A stretch of DNA of 64,000 nucleotides from Diplonema japonicum (taxonomy: Eukaryota > Protista > Euglenozoa: Diplonemea), in assembly GCA_964019335.1 (NCBI GenBank), contig OZ025649.1, forward strand, positions 930,001 to 994,000, in the 5' to 3' direction. The notes below the pieces were generated by a model that was not told the origin of the DNA, did not search any database, and saw only the letters and a list, made by a program, of their open reading frames with translations. The position numbers and the translations under genes are program-made. The first letter of the stretch is position 1. Each line of letters opens with the position of its first letter. This document shows positions 37,206 through 48,906 of this stretch, piece after piece.

Positions 37206-38304
37206 ATGTTTTCGGGTCACTTCAGAAGGTCTGCTGGGAGGTTCGCGAGATGGTCCTCTTCTGCTGTTGCGGAGCCTGCGGCGAAGGCGAAGACGAGGGG
37301 TGGGGGCAACTCTGTGATGGTATGTTGTATCATGTGCTTACTCATTGTCACAGATCAGTGTTGTTGGTGCGGTCGGTACCGCTGCTGCGGCTTACACATG
37401 GATGAAGCTCACGAGCTACGGCGACGAGGAGTGGAGTATCAGAGCGAAGGCAGCTGAACGTACAGCTCAGGTGAAGAGGGCCGATCCGGTTGGGCTGGGT
37501 AAGGAGATTGCTGACTACTTAAGGTTTACCGAGCCTGAGGCGAGCCCTAACCTGGTAGAGTTGGGAACCAAGCTCTGTGTCTGTGGTTACAGTGACGAGC
37601 TTGCCAAGCACGAGAAGTTCCATATCATCGCCAAGTTCAAGGTATGCATGCATTGAGGTTGTTCACCACAAGCAGGAGGACAACAAGGTGATGAGTTGGG
37701 CTGACTTAGGTGCCTTTGTTGCTTACCACGCCCTTCTTGAGATGGGAGCGCCTCTCGTCAGCATGACCCCCTTCTTTGGTCGGTCCGAGTCTCAGGCCAA
37801 GAGTGTGGCTTCTCATTACAAGCCTATCCCTGATGCTAATGCCACTTATGATGACCTCGTGCAGTGGGGCAAGCAGTTCGACTTGGGTGTGCCTGAGGTA
37901 TTGTTTCCTTTTCATTGGTATCTTCACAGACTATTGCGGTGTTGGGTGGGCAGAGCTCTGGCAGCGCGCTGTTCGCTTCGGGGTCTGACATGGAGCTCTC
38001 GCATCATTACTACACCAACATCCTGAAGGCGGATGCGGAGGGGGACGCCAACCGCTTGATGTATGGCAAGGCGCTCATGGGTGACGAGTACGGGCGCAAG
38101 TGTTGCATGGTGTTTGCTGGTGATGAGCTCTACTGGAACAGGTACTTCGTCGACGGTCTGAACAAAATCCTCCTCCACAAGTGGACGAACCTCAGGGAGC
38201 TCCCCACTCGCATGCTCGGCACCACGACTGATGCTGCTTGGGCGACTAGGCAGAAGATGGTCTATGGAGTGCAGCACGACTACACCGGGTCCACTACCAG
38301 GTAG
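37206..38304 (+). CDS. Class I heme-peroxidase-fold (APX/CcP-like) protein lacking catalytic residues; mitochondrial presequence plus TM anchor; 4 exons
   Basis: SWADL...MGAP...FGRSE, IPDA, IAVLGGQSSG, YYTNIL, KALMGD; introns 37320..37353, 37642..37675, 37898..37929. Confidence 0.8.
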
Positions 38305-38963
38305 ACAGGTGCATAGGTTTTACGTGTCCTTTATATCCTAACTTCCTCTTCTAGCCTCATATACTACGATGTCAATGTTGTCTGTTTTCTAAGGCGCGCG
38401 TCCCTGATGCGCTGCGTTACAATTCAGGCGGAAAGGATAGTGGAGACATGCATGAGAGTCTTCGCTCCAGTGAAACAAGAAGGTAAGCTGAAAGAACAGC
38501 AAAAGAAGAAAGAAGAATAAATTGACAGAATTGATTTTGTTCCCTCCCTCCTTTTTATTTTTTTTGCTTTACATTTTCCTTTTGTTCTCTTTTTTTTTTA
38601 AGCGGATTCTTTATTACGGGCTTTCTTTTTTGGCTTTATGGTGTCAATCAGCTACTTTCGAAGTGTTGTTCTGATTCTTGTTTTCCTTGCAGAATACATA
38701 ACGGTAAGTCTTATTGTTTGGGGATAAAAGGAAAACTAGCTTTTGAAAAGATTGTAGTGCACAGAAAAGATATTATAGGGACCCCTTGCCGCCTCTCGTG
38801 AGCGCCTACCTGGAGCTGATTAAGGCTATGGATGGCTGACGAAGCGACATGTCCCCTTTGTGTCCAAAAATGTGATTTCTAAGGACGACATGGCCCTTCA
38901 CCTCTCTACGTGTTTTTGTTTGTTTCTTTCCTTCTTTTTGTAGGCATTAACAGGAAGTGCGAT

Positions 38964-39771
38964 ATGTCTTTCTTCAGCAGAGCACGTATTGGGGTGGCTT
39001 TTCTTGCCGGCGGCATTGCCTACAAAACAGGCAGTGTGTCGAACACTCTGGCTGAGCAGAAGCACACCACCCAGTACGCTGTGAATGCGGAGAACTCCAT
39101 CTGCGCATTGGACATCTCGATCGGTGGTAAGCCAGCAGGCAGGGTGGAGGTAGAGCTCTTCGACGACACTGTGCCGAAGACCTCGAAGAACTTCCGCATC
39201 CTCTGCAGCGGGAGGTACAAGGAGTGGGCGGGCGATTCCGACAAGGGGTCGTCTTCCTGGCTTTTCGGTGGCGGCTCTCCAGCCCCTGTTACATACAGCA
39301 TGAGTGTGATACACCGTGTCATCCCGCGGTTCATGATGCAAGCTGGCGATTTCACCAACGGGAACGGGACTGGTGGAAGGAGCATCTACGGCCCGAAGTT
39401 CCCTGACGAGAGCTTCAGCGGCAAGGCTGGGAAGCACTTTGCAGGGTATGCTACACACTGTTGAATAACTTAACACAGGTGCCTTTCGATGGCTAACTCA
39501 GGCCCCAACACAAACGGGTCGCAGTTCTTCATCACCTTCGACAGGACTACATGGCTGGACGGCAAGCATGTGGTGTTCGGGCAGGTGCTAAGCGGAATGG
39601 ACATTGTCAACAGCGTGGAAAAGGTTGGGAGCAGATCAGGCGCGACGCGTGAAGATTGCATGGTATGCAACACGCCTAACAACCACTCCATAGGTCACCA
39701 ACGCTTGTGTGCTGAAGAAGCCAAGCGGGGCGCTAGAAGAGTTGGCCTCTGATGAGGCTTATCGGTGTTAG
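38964..39771 (+). CDS. Cyclophilin-type peptidyl-prolyl isomerase, probably mitochondrial
   Basis: [59 protein letters not shown]; introns 39446..39478, 39663..39693. Confidence 0.95.
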
Positions 39772-39841
39772 TAGTGGGGTCTTGTGGGTTTATAGTAGGT
39801 CTGAATGTTACGATCACGTCCTATCTCAGTTAGCAAGAAAG

Positions 39842-41187
39842 ATGGTATTGCGATGCGCATTGAGACGGTACACGCAAGAGAGCGCCTCACGGGCAAAGGC
39901 AGAGATTGACAATTATTTTTCTATACTGGAGAAGTGGAGCGATCCTTGGACTCCTTGTCTGACGGAGTTCCCTCCAACAGTGCGAGAGCTGGAAGGGTCT
40001 GTTGACTGGTCGGTTAACGGGAATAACGTGATCGATGCGTGTAATGCTTTGATTATGCCGAAGGAACGTTGGCAGGAGGCCATGGATGTGCGGGAGAGGA
40101 TCGAGAGCACTCTGAAGAAGGTATTGTAGTTTCATTCACTTTAGCATCACGCAGGTAATGACAGAACAGAATCTACAGCTATTTACTTTTGGGTCCTGCA
40201 TGAGCGGCCTTGGCACAGCACAGTCTGACCTTGACCTTGTGATCATGCGGTGCGACAAGACGGGAAGGAGTTTGAACGCAAACAACAGAGAGGTATGTGA
40301 CATGCATAGCAACTACTTTGGTAACACTAGGAGCAAGTAAGCCACCTTGATGACTACTACAAGATGCTCAGCAATAATGGATTCGATAACATGAGGGTGA
40401 TCTCGGCACGCGTGCCTATTCTACGCAGGGAGGGTCCAACTGGAATCAATTTCGACATTAGTTTATTTTTCCACGGTGTGAGGAACAGCCTGCTGCTTAG
40501 GGAGTACGCAAGGGTATGCGACGTTACGAGCACGCAACGTACACTCACAGAGCTGCCCGTTTTTCATGCCCATGTCTGTCGTCCTTCGCGAGTGGGGAAA
40601 GCACATTGGCATCTGCAACTCGTTGACGGGCTTCTTAACTCCGTACTGTCTCAACATCATGATCATCAAATACCTTGTTGAGGAGGCGTCGAACGACTTC
40701 ATGGTTCCCATCCCGCCTCTCCTCCCACCCAGCTACTACCCTACTTCGCCTTCTCAGTATCTCCCACCGCCCCGTGAGATGCAGCGGCGGGAAAAGATGT
40801 TCGTCAAGGACCTTGGGATGCATATCGCAGGTTTCTTGCGATACTTTGCATGCTACCATTGGATGGAGAAGGTGATAAGCGCAGGCGATCCAACCAACGA
40901 CTCCAGACAAGGCAACCCCTTGTGGGAGGGGAATCAGTCAGATGTTATCATTGAGGAGATGTTCTCACAGCAGGACAAATCACTCCCTATTCCCAACATG
41001 GGACACAAGGTTTGCCACCCTCACTTATTAGTCAGCACAGGTTGATGCTATGAGGCTTTTGGCGATTCGTGAAAAGCTCATCTTCTCTTACTTCCATGTC
41101 GTTCATCACAACCACCTTCCACGTTTTCCAGAGGACCGGTCGTCGCCACGCTGGCTCCCCATGGTAGATAAGGCGGGATCGATCTAA
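39842..41187 (+). CDS. Terminal uridylyltransferase / non-canonical poly(A) polymerase (Cid1, TUT4/RET2-like), probably mitochondrial; 5 exons
   Basis: FGSCMSGLGTAQSDLDLV, ARVPIL, FDIS...GVRNSLLLREY, GFLTPY; presequence MVLRCALRRY; introns 40121..40154, 40293..40330, 40514..40550, 41010..41040. Confidence 0.88.
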
Positions 41188-41298
41188 GAAGACACAAGTT
41201 ATGTGATTCGCCAGGGCATGGCTGTTCCTAGATCTTTTCGATGGCTAGAGCTAGTGTAGACTCTTCCTTACATACCCCCAGTTGAATTCATCAAGGAA

Positions 41299-42933
41299 AT
41301 GGAAGATGGGGTCGTCGCGGTGCCGTACTATGAGACAAGGGGTGGAGAGGAGGTAGTGCTGGTGAAGGTGCCAGCGGGCATAGCCACGCGTAGTGCATTC
41401 AGCAGCGTTACAAGGGACGTGGTGCGTTCGTTGAGCAGGATTGTGGACATATGTCTCGGTCCCGACGGAATGATGCGGGCAACAATGGACATGACAGGGC
41501 AGGTGGGTTTCTCGTCGTCGGGTTCGAGGCTGCTATCGAAGACACGCAGCACGCACCCCATTACAACCCTGGTGATGCAAAGCTTGCAGAGGTACGAAGG
41601 AGAGAGGGGTGACGGCACAATTACGTGGGTCATGCTGCTCAGCTTGCTGATAGATGGCCTTAAGGACAAGGATATACAACGCAGAGATATTCTGGCATTT
41701 CAGAAGCAGATTCCAGAGGCTATAGACACAGTTATGCGCCGACACAGAGTGCTCATGACCGAGGGCGATGTCATTGCCAACACTGTTGAGAGTGTGGTGT
41801 CGACTTGCTGCACAGGCCAGGCTGCAGATGTTATCATCAACTTGGTGGTGAGTTACTTCAAGAAGCGAGGCAAGGTGCATGGCGACTGGAACATCGTGAA
41901 GGTTGATGGCGCGCCTTTGGCTCAGTCCTGTGTACTGAGCGGCGTTGTATTCAAGGGTTCCTTAAAACACCCTCAGCTCCCTAGGGCAGTCGCTGACACG
42001 GGTGTTTTGCTGCTCTCTCACCATTCACTCTTCAGTAACACAGAAGAGGAGGCTATCAGTTACGAGATGACTGGTGCTGAGTTGTCTGTTGGTGCAGAGA
42101 GGGTGAATGCTGCTCTCCATCAGTTTACAGAGACCCTCTTCTCCAGAGGTATCAGGGCTGTCTTCACATCGGGTATTTTACCGTACAGCATGGCATCTGA
42201 ATGCGCTAGGCGGGGGGTGTTCATGTGCGACGGGATCGACAGGAAGGACATAACCCTTCTATCTGATGCTCTTGGTGTACCTGTTGTAGCACCTTTCTCC
42301 GTGTTATTCGACAATATTGGCACAGAAGACTATGCCTACGCCAGCAGGATTGAGTGTTTGAATAAAGGCATGGTACGGGTTCACTGTTCGAAGAGTACTG
42401 AATGCTCTATTATCATGACAGCACCCAGTTCAGGTCTTTCAGCAGATTACTGCGAGCTTGTTGACAGGTGCATACGATGTGTGCAGTTTGCTGTGAGAGA
42501 CAGGTCTGGTGAGCAGGTGGAGGTAATAGGGTCTGCAGGACAGGATTTATTGATAGCGGCAAAGGCTGTCAGAAACATGTTCCCCTCAGTACTAGGTTGT
42601 GCTCTTGCTGATTCTCTACAGGGGGTTGTTGTGTGTCTTCTTTCTAATACTTTAGGGAGCAAGCATGAGGCCGTCCACATGATGCTTCGGGCCTCTGATG
42701 CTTCTCTTGGTGCTGTCTCGACTATCCATGTCCTTCATAAGCTACACGCCGCAGGGTCTCACTGCGAGGTCCTTGCTCCGGCAGAGGTAGGACTCATTCA
42801 CCCCCTCTCGGCAGCCGGCCATCTCATCTCTTCTGTCCTTGATACCTTCTCTTTTTTAAGCAAGGTTGACATGCTTACACCATCAAAGTTACTTGCAGGG
42901 TCTTCTCGTGTCCAGCAGGTGGGTCTGGTCTAG
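41299..42933 (+). CDS. BBS10: Divergent group II chaperonin-like protein (BBS10/BBS12/MKKS class, BBS10-like)
   Basis: ICLGPDG, THPITTLV, GDGTITW, DGAPLAQSCVLSGV; CCT-like length 544 aa. Confidence 0.65.
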   Translation: MEDGVVAVPYYETRGGEEVVLVKVPAGIATRSAFSSVTRDVVRSLSRIVDICLGPDGMMRATMDMTGQVGFSSSGSRLLSKTRSTHPITTLVMQSLQRYEGERGDGTITWVMLLSLLIDGLKDKDIQRRDILAFQKQIPEAIDTVMRRHRVLMTEGDVIANTVESVVSTCCTGQAADVIINLVVSYFKKRGKVHGDWNIVKVDGAPLAQSCVLSGVVFKGSLKHPQLPRAVADTGVLLLSHHSLFSNTEEEAISYEMTGAELSVGAERVNAALHQFTETLFSRGIRAVFTSGILPYSMASECARRGVFMCDGIDRKDITLLSDALGVPVVAPFSVLFDNIGTEDYAYASRIECLNKGMVRVHCSKSTECSIIMTAPSSGLSADYCELVDRCIRCVQFAVRDRSGEQVEVIGSAGQDLLIAAKAVRNMFPSVLGCALADSLQGVVVCLLSNTLGSKHEAVHMMLRASDASLGAVSTIHVLHKLHAAGSHCEVLAPAEVGLIHPLSAAGHLISSVLDTFSFLSKVDMLTPSKLLAGSSRVQQVGLV

Positions 42934-42994
42934 TGGGTATTGATTCACGGTGTACCTCGTTTTTATCCGCCCATCAGGATTAGTTAAAAGTAAG

Positions 42995-44603
42995 ATGACT
43001 GCCGAAAAGGTAATTGAGATCCAGCAGGACATTAAGGTATCCCTCTCTCACTTAGCTTCATCACCCAACAGCACAAGGCGGAAGACTACCGTGCCTTCCT
43101 CGATGATCTTAAAATATGGGAGAATGACATCAAAAAAAAGGATACTTCCGTTTGTAAAAAGAGTAAGGTATGTGGGGCAGGACCACAGTTAGTCAAACAG
43201 ATTGAAGCTGATTACCCCCCTGTAAGGGGTACCGTTAACGAGGATGTGCTCCTCAAGCAGGAGGAGAGCAGACAGAGGGATGACCCTGTGCTACGGGAGA
43301 AGGCCCTAGGGAACGAGTTCTTCAAGAAGGGGAAGTACAACGAAGCAATTAAACACTACTCGAAGGGCATCGGGTGCGATCCTGATGATTCCAACGTGCA
43401 TCTTCTGTACGCTAACAGGTATTCCGCATTGTTTTTTATCACCACCCCATAGAGCGATGGCTAGTTTGAAACTCGAGAAGTGGGCGGATGCCGAAGATGA
43501 TGCCACGAAGTGCGTCCAGAGCAACCGGACCTACACAAAGGGGTTCTTTAGGCGGGCACTTGCACGGAAGGGGTCAGGGAAGCTCAAGGAGGCTATCACG
43601 GATCTTAATACGGTATACACGCACTTGTCTATTTTATCTTGTATCCTACAGGTACTGGTTCTCGAACCGGAGAATAAGGAGGCGAGGCAATTGATTGCAC
43701 AGATGCAAGCAGATGTGAAGAAGCAGGAGAAGGTATGTGTATGCTAGGGTCGGTGCATTTTCCGCAGGTAGAAGCACCACCCGTGCAGAGGAGGAAGCTG
43801 CAGATTGAAGAGGTCGATGACGATGACGATGATGACGAGGAGGATGAGGTAGACATACCTATCAGGCGCAAGGAGACAACTACTACACCTGCGGTTCCAA
43901 CTCTAGTGCCTGAAGCAAAGGCGGCAGTCAAGGCAGCACCTCAGCATGTTGATCCGTCGTCTGGTGTCGAAATTCTGGATGACGACACCGAGGAGCGAGG
44001 GAAGTCCCTTCTGGCAGCCTCTACAACACCACCCGCGTCCTCTAATGCTGCAGCACCTGCGCCAGCACCCACCGCCCAGAGGCCCCAGCCCACCACAAAA
44101 GAGTCCAGTCCGAGGGGTTCGGGCAAGGGCATTGTCCCTCGTGAGGAGGCTATTTCTGCGGCGAAGGTATGCTAAGATGTCACAACGATTTACACTCACA
44201 GAAATACCTCGAAGAAGGGCAGAGGGAGGTTCCCAAGACTTTTCTTCAGTTTGAGCGCACATGGAACACCCTCAAGGAGGCTGAGAGACCAGGTTACCTG
44301 TATAACATCCCAACAGAGAGGCTCTGTGATTTCTTCAAGTCCAACATCACAGAGGACATCCTAGGCGATGTGGTGTCGGTGATCCACAGCACTGTGACAG
44401 CTAACACACAGGAGAACAACAACAAGGTTTTTAGTATCCTTCGCCAGTTGTCTATCCTTGACAGGCTCTCTGCTCTTCTGCTGTTCCTTGATGACTCTGT
44501 AACAGTGCAGCTGAGAGCCATTCCGAAGCTCTTGGCCGGGAAGGTCCCCGATGCAGACCTGAGGAGAGTGGCCAGCAATCTTAACAAGAGGATTGACGAG
44601 TAG
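42995..44603 (+). CDS. RPAP3: RPAP3/Tah1/SPAG1-like R2TP co-chaperone (TPR + RPAP3_C); 7 exons
   Basis: FLDDLKIWENDIK, PPVRG, EKALGNEFFKKGKY TPR, KLQIEEV, PKTFLQFERTW; introns 43037..43071, 43168..43200, 43419..43452, 43613..43651, 43733..43767, 44167..44201. Confidence 0.88.
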
Positions 44604-44704
44604 ATAGCATTTCAGCTTGATGCTCAACCTTAATATGATTTAAACTTAAACTTCGTTTATTGTTGTTGGCATTACAGCATGATTTTTCCAGTTCGCACAC
44701 ACAA

Positions 44705-45136
44705 ATGACCGTCTACGTGTTGACGAGGAGGACTCCTGAGGAGTCGCTGGGAATGGATGTGGGGCGGTGGGCTGGTGGTATGCTCACTATTGATGAGGTA
44801 TTGAAGGATGGCATGGCTGAGCGTGCGGGGATTCCTCCCTTCCGCACACTCCTGAGGGTGGGTGGCGTAAAGGTGTACAACGTGAACAGCCTTCAGGAGG
44901 CAGTGCTGCAGGTGAAGTTTTGCATGTCGTTCGAGGTAGAGGTGAGCAAGGATAGCGACAGGAGTACTGCGAAGCTGCTGAGAAAGCGCCGCAGGTCAGT
45001 GACCCCTCCTTCTGAGAGTTCTGACAGAACCTCTGAGCCTTCCACACCCCTGCTGCCCTTGAAGTGGATGGATGAGTTCAACCCGCGAGATGAATCCACA
45101 CTTCCTTACCAGCCTCCCATGATTTCATGCTGTTAG
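44705..45136 (+). CDS. Small PDZ-like domain protein
   Basis: LTRRTPEESLGM...IDEVLKDGMAERAGI...LLRVGGVKV. Confidence 0.7.
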   Translation: MTVYVLTRRTPEESLGMDVGRWAGGMLTIDEVLKDGMAERAGIPPFRTLLRVGGVKVYNVNSLQEAVLQVKFCMSFEVEVSKDSDRSTAKLLRKRRRSVTPPSESSDRTSEPSTPLLPLKWMDEFNPRDESTLPYQPPMISCC

Positions 45137-45591
45137 CAGCCTGGTCAAATGGCATCGGTATCTCTGGGTGTTAGCTCACCCAGTAGAGTTTATAAAGCCC
45201 ACTGAGGTCGCCAGATACAGTGGTACCTCTGGTAGTTGGCAGCACAGCCGCTACCTATCAGCTCCTGAAGGGAAGCGTGCCCTCAGGTTCGCAAATCAAT
45301 AATCAAACTCAAAAAATGTGAATCAATAGACTTAAGAAACCTCTCGAATAAACTTTTGAACTTTTTTTGTAGCTTTCCTAGCAGTAGGTAGCAACTCCCT
45401 CTCTTATTAACCCTTTTTTTTGTTTTGAACACCTATTATTTTGCATCTCTGCTGTTATAAGCTCTCATCCTCTCCAGACGGATCAAGAGTCGCGGCATGA
45501 GATGCTTGGTTTTTTATATTCTTTTATTTATGTTTTATTTTTTTCTTCTGCTGGCAGCTCACAACATTCTCATCTAGAATTACAGGTACAA

Positions 45592-46365
45592 ATGCATGTT
45601 GTTGTGGCGCGTCATGGCGAGAGGTTTGATTACACTGACACTTCTGCGTGGTTAAGCAGTGATGAAGGGAAGGCGCGGCCCTGGGACCCTCCCCTTACAA
45701 AGGTGGGTGAGGTTCAGGCAGGTGCACTAGGAGCAAGGATAAAGAGAGAGCTCGAGGAAAGGGGCCTTCCGCCAGTGACAAAGGTCGTGTCATCTCCCTT
45801 TCAGAGAACACTACAGACGGCGCACCACTGCATCGAAGGGTTGGGAGGTGGTATTGATATAATTTCTGACGTTCGTGTGGTGGAAGCACTCACTGAAAGC
45901 TGGTTCCGGTCGTGGTGTGTACCCGGTTCCACGTGCAGGTGGGGTGGCCCACCTCACTGCTCCGAGGGAGTTCCGGTTAGTCGTGAGAGTCTGCATCCTG
46001 CTGCCTTGGGCGACATCTCAACTTGGTCCCGCGAAGGAGAACTGCTAACGTCAGTGTCCCCATTCGTAAAAGAGGGTGTCCCTCAGGCCACCTTGGGGCA
46101 TATTGCTTGGGGTTCTTTTGAGACTATGGATACTTGCAGAGAGCGATCCTTTGATGCAGCATCTTCATACGCCAGCCCCTCAGGTACTACAGTTATTATC
46201 ACCCACGGTGCGCCTTTAGCAGGTATTTTCCAGTCTGCAATCGACCCCACTCTTGTGACCGACGAGAGCTGGGGGAAGTATGTTCATATGTTTTTGTATA
46301 AGATTGACCAGGGGAAGTGGTCTGTTATATGTGAGGGCAGCAACCACGCTGCACCTTGTAGTTGA
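45592..46365 (+). CDS. Histidine phosphatase (phosphoglycerate mutase-like) family protein
   Basis: VVARHGERFD, DPPLT, SSPFQRTLQTA, IITHG. Confidence 0.9.
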   Translation: MHVVVARHGERFDYTDTSAWLSSDEGKARPWDPPLTKVGEVQAGALGARIKRELEERGLPPVTKVVSSPFQRTLQTAHHCIEGLGGGIDIISDVRVVEALTESWFRSWCVPGSTCRWGGPPHCSEGVPVSRESLHPAALGDISTWSREGELLTSVSPFVKEGVPQATLGHIAWGSFETMDTCRERSFDAASSYASPSGTTVIITHGAPLAGIFQSAIDPTLVTDESWGKYVHMFLYKIDQGKWSVICEGSNHAAPCS

Positions 46366-46427
46366 GTATTATTTTTTGTATTTGTGTTAGTAATTCAGTA
46401 TCTTTCATTCAGCAGGTTGGCGCGAAG

Positions 46428-48816
46428 ATGCCGACTGCTGTACACAGTACCCGTGTACCGCCTGCTCCTAGCATGGTGTATCCCGTGTCACCCGGTGGCG
46501 GCATGTACTCCCCGAGTCGGGGTGTTCTTTCATCTAAGCAGTTTGCCCCGGTGTCACCTGACAGAGGTCTGCTCTCCCCTACGAAGCCCGGTTCGCCGCC
46601 CTCAGCTGCATTGTACTCTCCTCCGGTTGTCTGCGAGAGGAAAGGCCCCAGGATTCGGACCGCGAGGTCTTTATCGCTTGAGCGGGCTTGTGACCCCGGG
46701 TCTCCTGCGCGCGCACATTGCATTGCAGCAGCAGACCAGCCGCCGCAGAACGCTGTTTCTGGGGCGAAACCTGCGCAGGAGAGTAGGCCACCTGCGCAGG
46801 AGAGCAAGCCACCTCCTGCTCCAAGGCAGGGCAGGCTTTGGGGTCAGATTGCGCAGCTTCAGGAGGAGGTAAAAACTATCAAGGATTTCAGCCGTAACCT
46901 AGACGGCAAGCTACAGGAGTTGGGAACAGGTCTAGTTAATAGGTGTGTCTTGCATTTCTATTTTACACGCATAGCAATACGACGGTCGGGAGGAACACAG
47001 AAGAGATCCAAGAGCTCCGTGGGGTCATGACTGCGTCTTTAGACGACCCTGTCAAGCTGTTAGAGGACAGTCATCAGAACGAAGTGGTATGTCTCAGATA
47101 TCACAGATAACGGTTAACAGAGCCTCGTACGAGAGGCGGAGGAGAAGGCGCGGAAGCTGGCTCTTGAGGTGGAAGAGCTGATGCGGTGTGATCGGAATAG
47201 AGTGCGCTACTCACAGCGCGTGCCTCTTCCGGACCCTGCTACGCTTCCTGGGTATGTTTCGTCCACTTATCTCACTTCCTTAGGTGGTGCCCGGAGACAG
47301 ATATGCAGTCCATGTCTGTGTCGTCGGTATCACGGACTAAGAGCTCTATCAGCTCCCGTGCTTCAGATAGGTTGTTGACAATGAACGCAACGCTGCCTTC
47401 TATCATCAGGGAGCCGACCGGCACTTCCTGCAGCTGGCAGAGTACGGCATGTAACACGCCGTGTATGAGCTATTCTTCTGTTTGTGAAACTGAGAGTGTG
47501 GTAGCTCCGCTTAACCCCCGTCCTGCATTGGTCGACCGTGCAACGTCTCCTGGGACCGACACTTCACAGTACACTCCGCGAAGGAGCGTTTCTGTTCAAG
47601 TGACGCAAAGCCTCTCTCCAGTTGAACGTGAAGATACTCACAAGTCTCCTATTGCCCCTGTGGCACCTTCTCCCTCTCCTGTGTCTATACCGTCTAACCC
47701 TGCTACCCTGCGGTGTACGTGTTCAGCGTCAATATCCGACCTACCTGCTTCTGCTGTGTCGGACCCATGTACAGCTGTTTCTCATGCTAGCACCGTACGT
47801 ACCGCACTCAGTACGAGGGTTAGCACTGTCCCTAGCATTGCAAGTACGGTATGCACAGCAGCTTCGCGGGAGGTCGGTACAGATAGTGGAACTTCTACTT
47901 TTGGCGTTCCAGCTATTGCTAGCAATCCTGCTGGGTTTCATCAGCATTCGTTGTTGAGACAGCAGTCGTTAACAGCATCAACTCCTGCCAGGAGACAGCT
48001 AAACTGCAAACAGGCGATCGGCGTTGTTTCTAGTCCTTCTGTTGGTGGGCCGGGTGGAATGAATCGGAATTTTCATGCAAGTACCCCTTCTGTTTTGCAG
48101 CTCCCTGTGTCAGGGCATTCTGCTGATTCACAAGTGTTGCGTGCGTCGCACAAGACCTTTATGCAGCCATCTCACGATGATGAGGTTCTGAGCAGGCCCT
48201 CCCGGGATCCTCCTAACACTGCACTAAGCCATGCTACAGGGACTCACAGCGAGCAGAGTTCTCAGAGCGTTCTTAGCTCTGTGACCCTATCTCAAGGGTT
48301 TCGACCTACGGACTACACTTCGCTGGGTGACGAGGACCGTACTTCAGGGAAGGTCAGCTGCACTTCGTTGAGCGACGACAGCCGTGCTTCAGGGCAGCAA
48401 GGTGCGCATCACAGCATAGTGCTTGATGTGAGCAGAGGTGGGTCTTCATCTGCTGGGTATGTGGGTTCTGTGCCCTGCAGCCTGTCAGAGCCCCAGTTCC
48501 AAGGTTCTAGGTACTCGAGCCCTGTGAGAAGCAGCAGTATGTGTAGCATCCGAAGCACGCGGGTTTCAGAGGCTATGAAGGTAGTAGGGCTGGAAGGTAT
48601 GCAGAGCTTTAGCAAATCATCCCCTGCAGCTATCATATCTAGTCGGCAGATAAAGTTCGAATCTGCACGCAAGGCCCTCTCTTCTGGTGACAGTGATGCA
48701 GCACGTGCATTGCTCCTGCAGTGCGCTTCTGACTCCCAGGTATGGCATCACTTCCTACTACGTCCCACCAGGCGATGACACGGTCTTTTAAGGACTCACT
48801 AGTGGGCCATGTTTAG
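46428..48816 (+). CDS. Ser/Pro-rich largely disordered hypothetical protein with short coiled coil; 5 exons
   Basis: ORFs 46362.., 47169.. and 47303.. linked by micro-introns starting near 46943, 47087, 47252, 48740; stop TAG 48814-48816. Confidence 0.65.
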
Positions 48817-48906
48817 ATTAGATTTTCAGCTTTGTACCTTCTTAACTTGTATTCAAGGCGCGATATCATCTATTCCCGTTATAACCAGCAGTTACACATA
48901 TGGGAC

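Noticed and set aside
38401-38440. Hammerhead-like ctgatg...gaaa
   Set aside because: Core is CUGAUGC, not CUGANGA, and stems I/III with a cleavage triplet cannot be formed
38761-38790. U6-like acagaaaaga...cccct
   Set aside because: Lacks the ACAGAGA box, AGC triad and internal stem-loop
38832-38915. CPLC...HLSTC C2HC zinc-finger-like peptide
   Set aside because: Needs a 1-nt frameshift with no intron and runs into the polypyrimidine tract; likely chance
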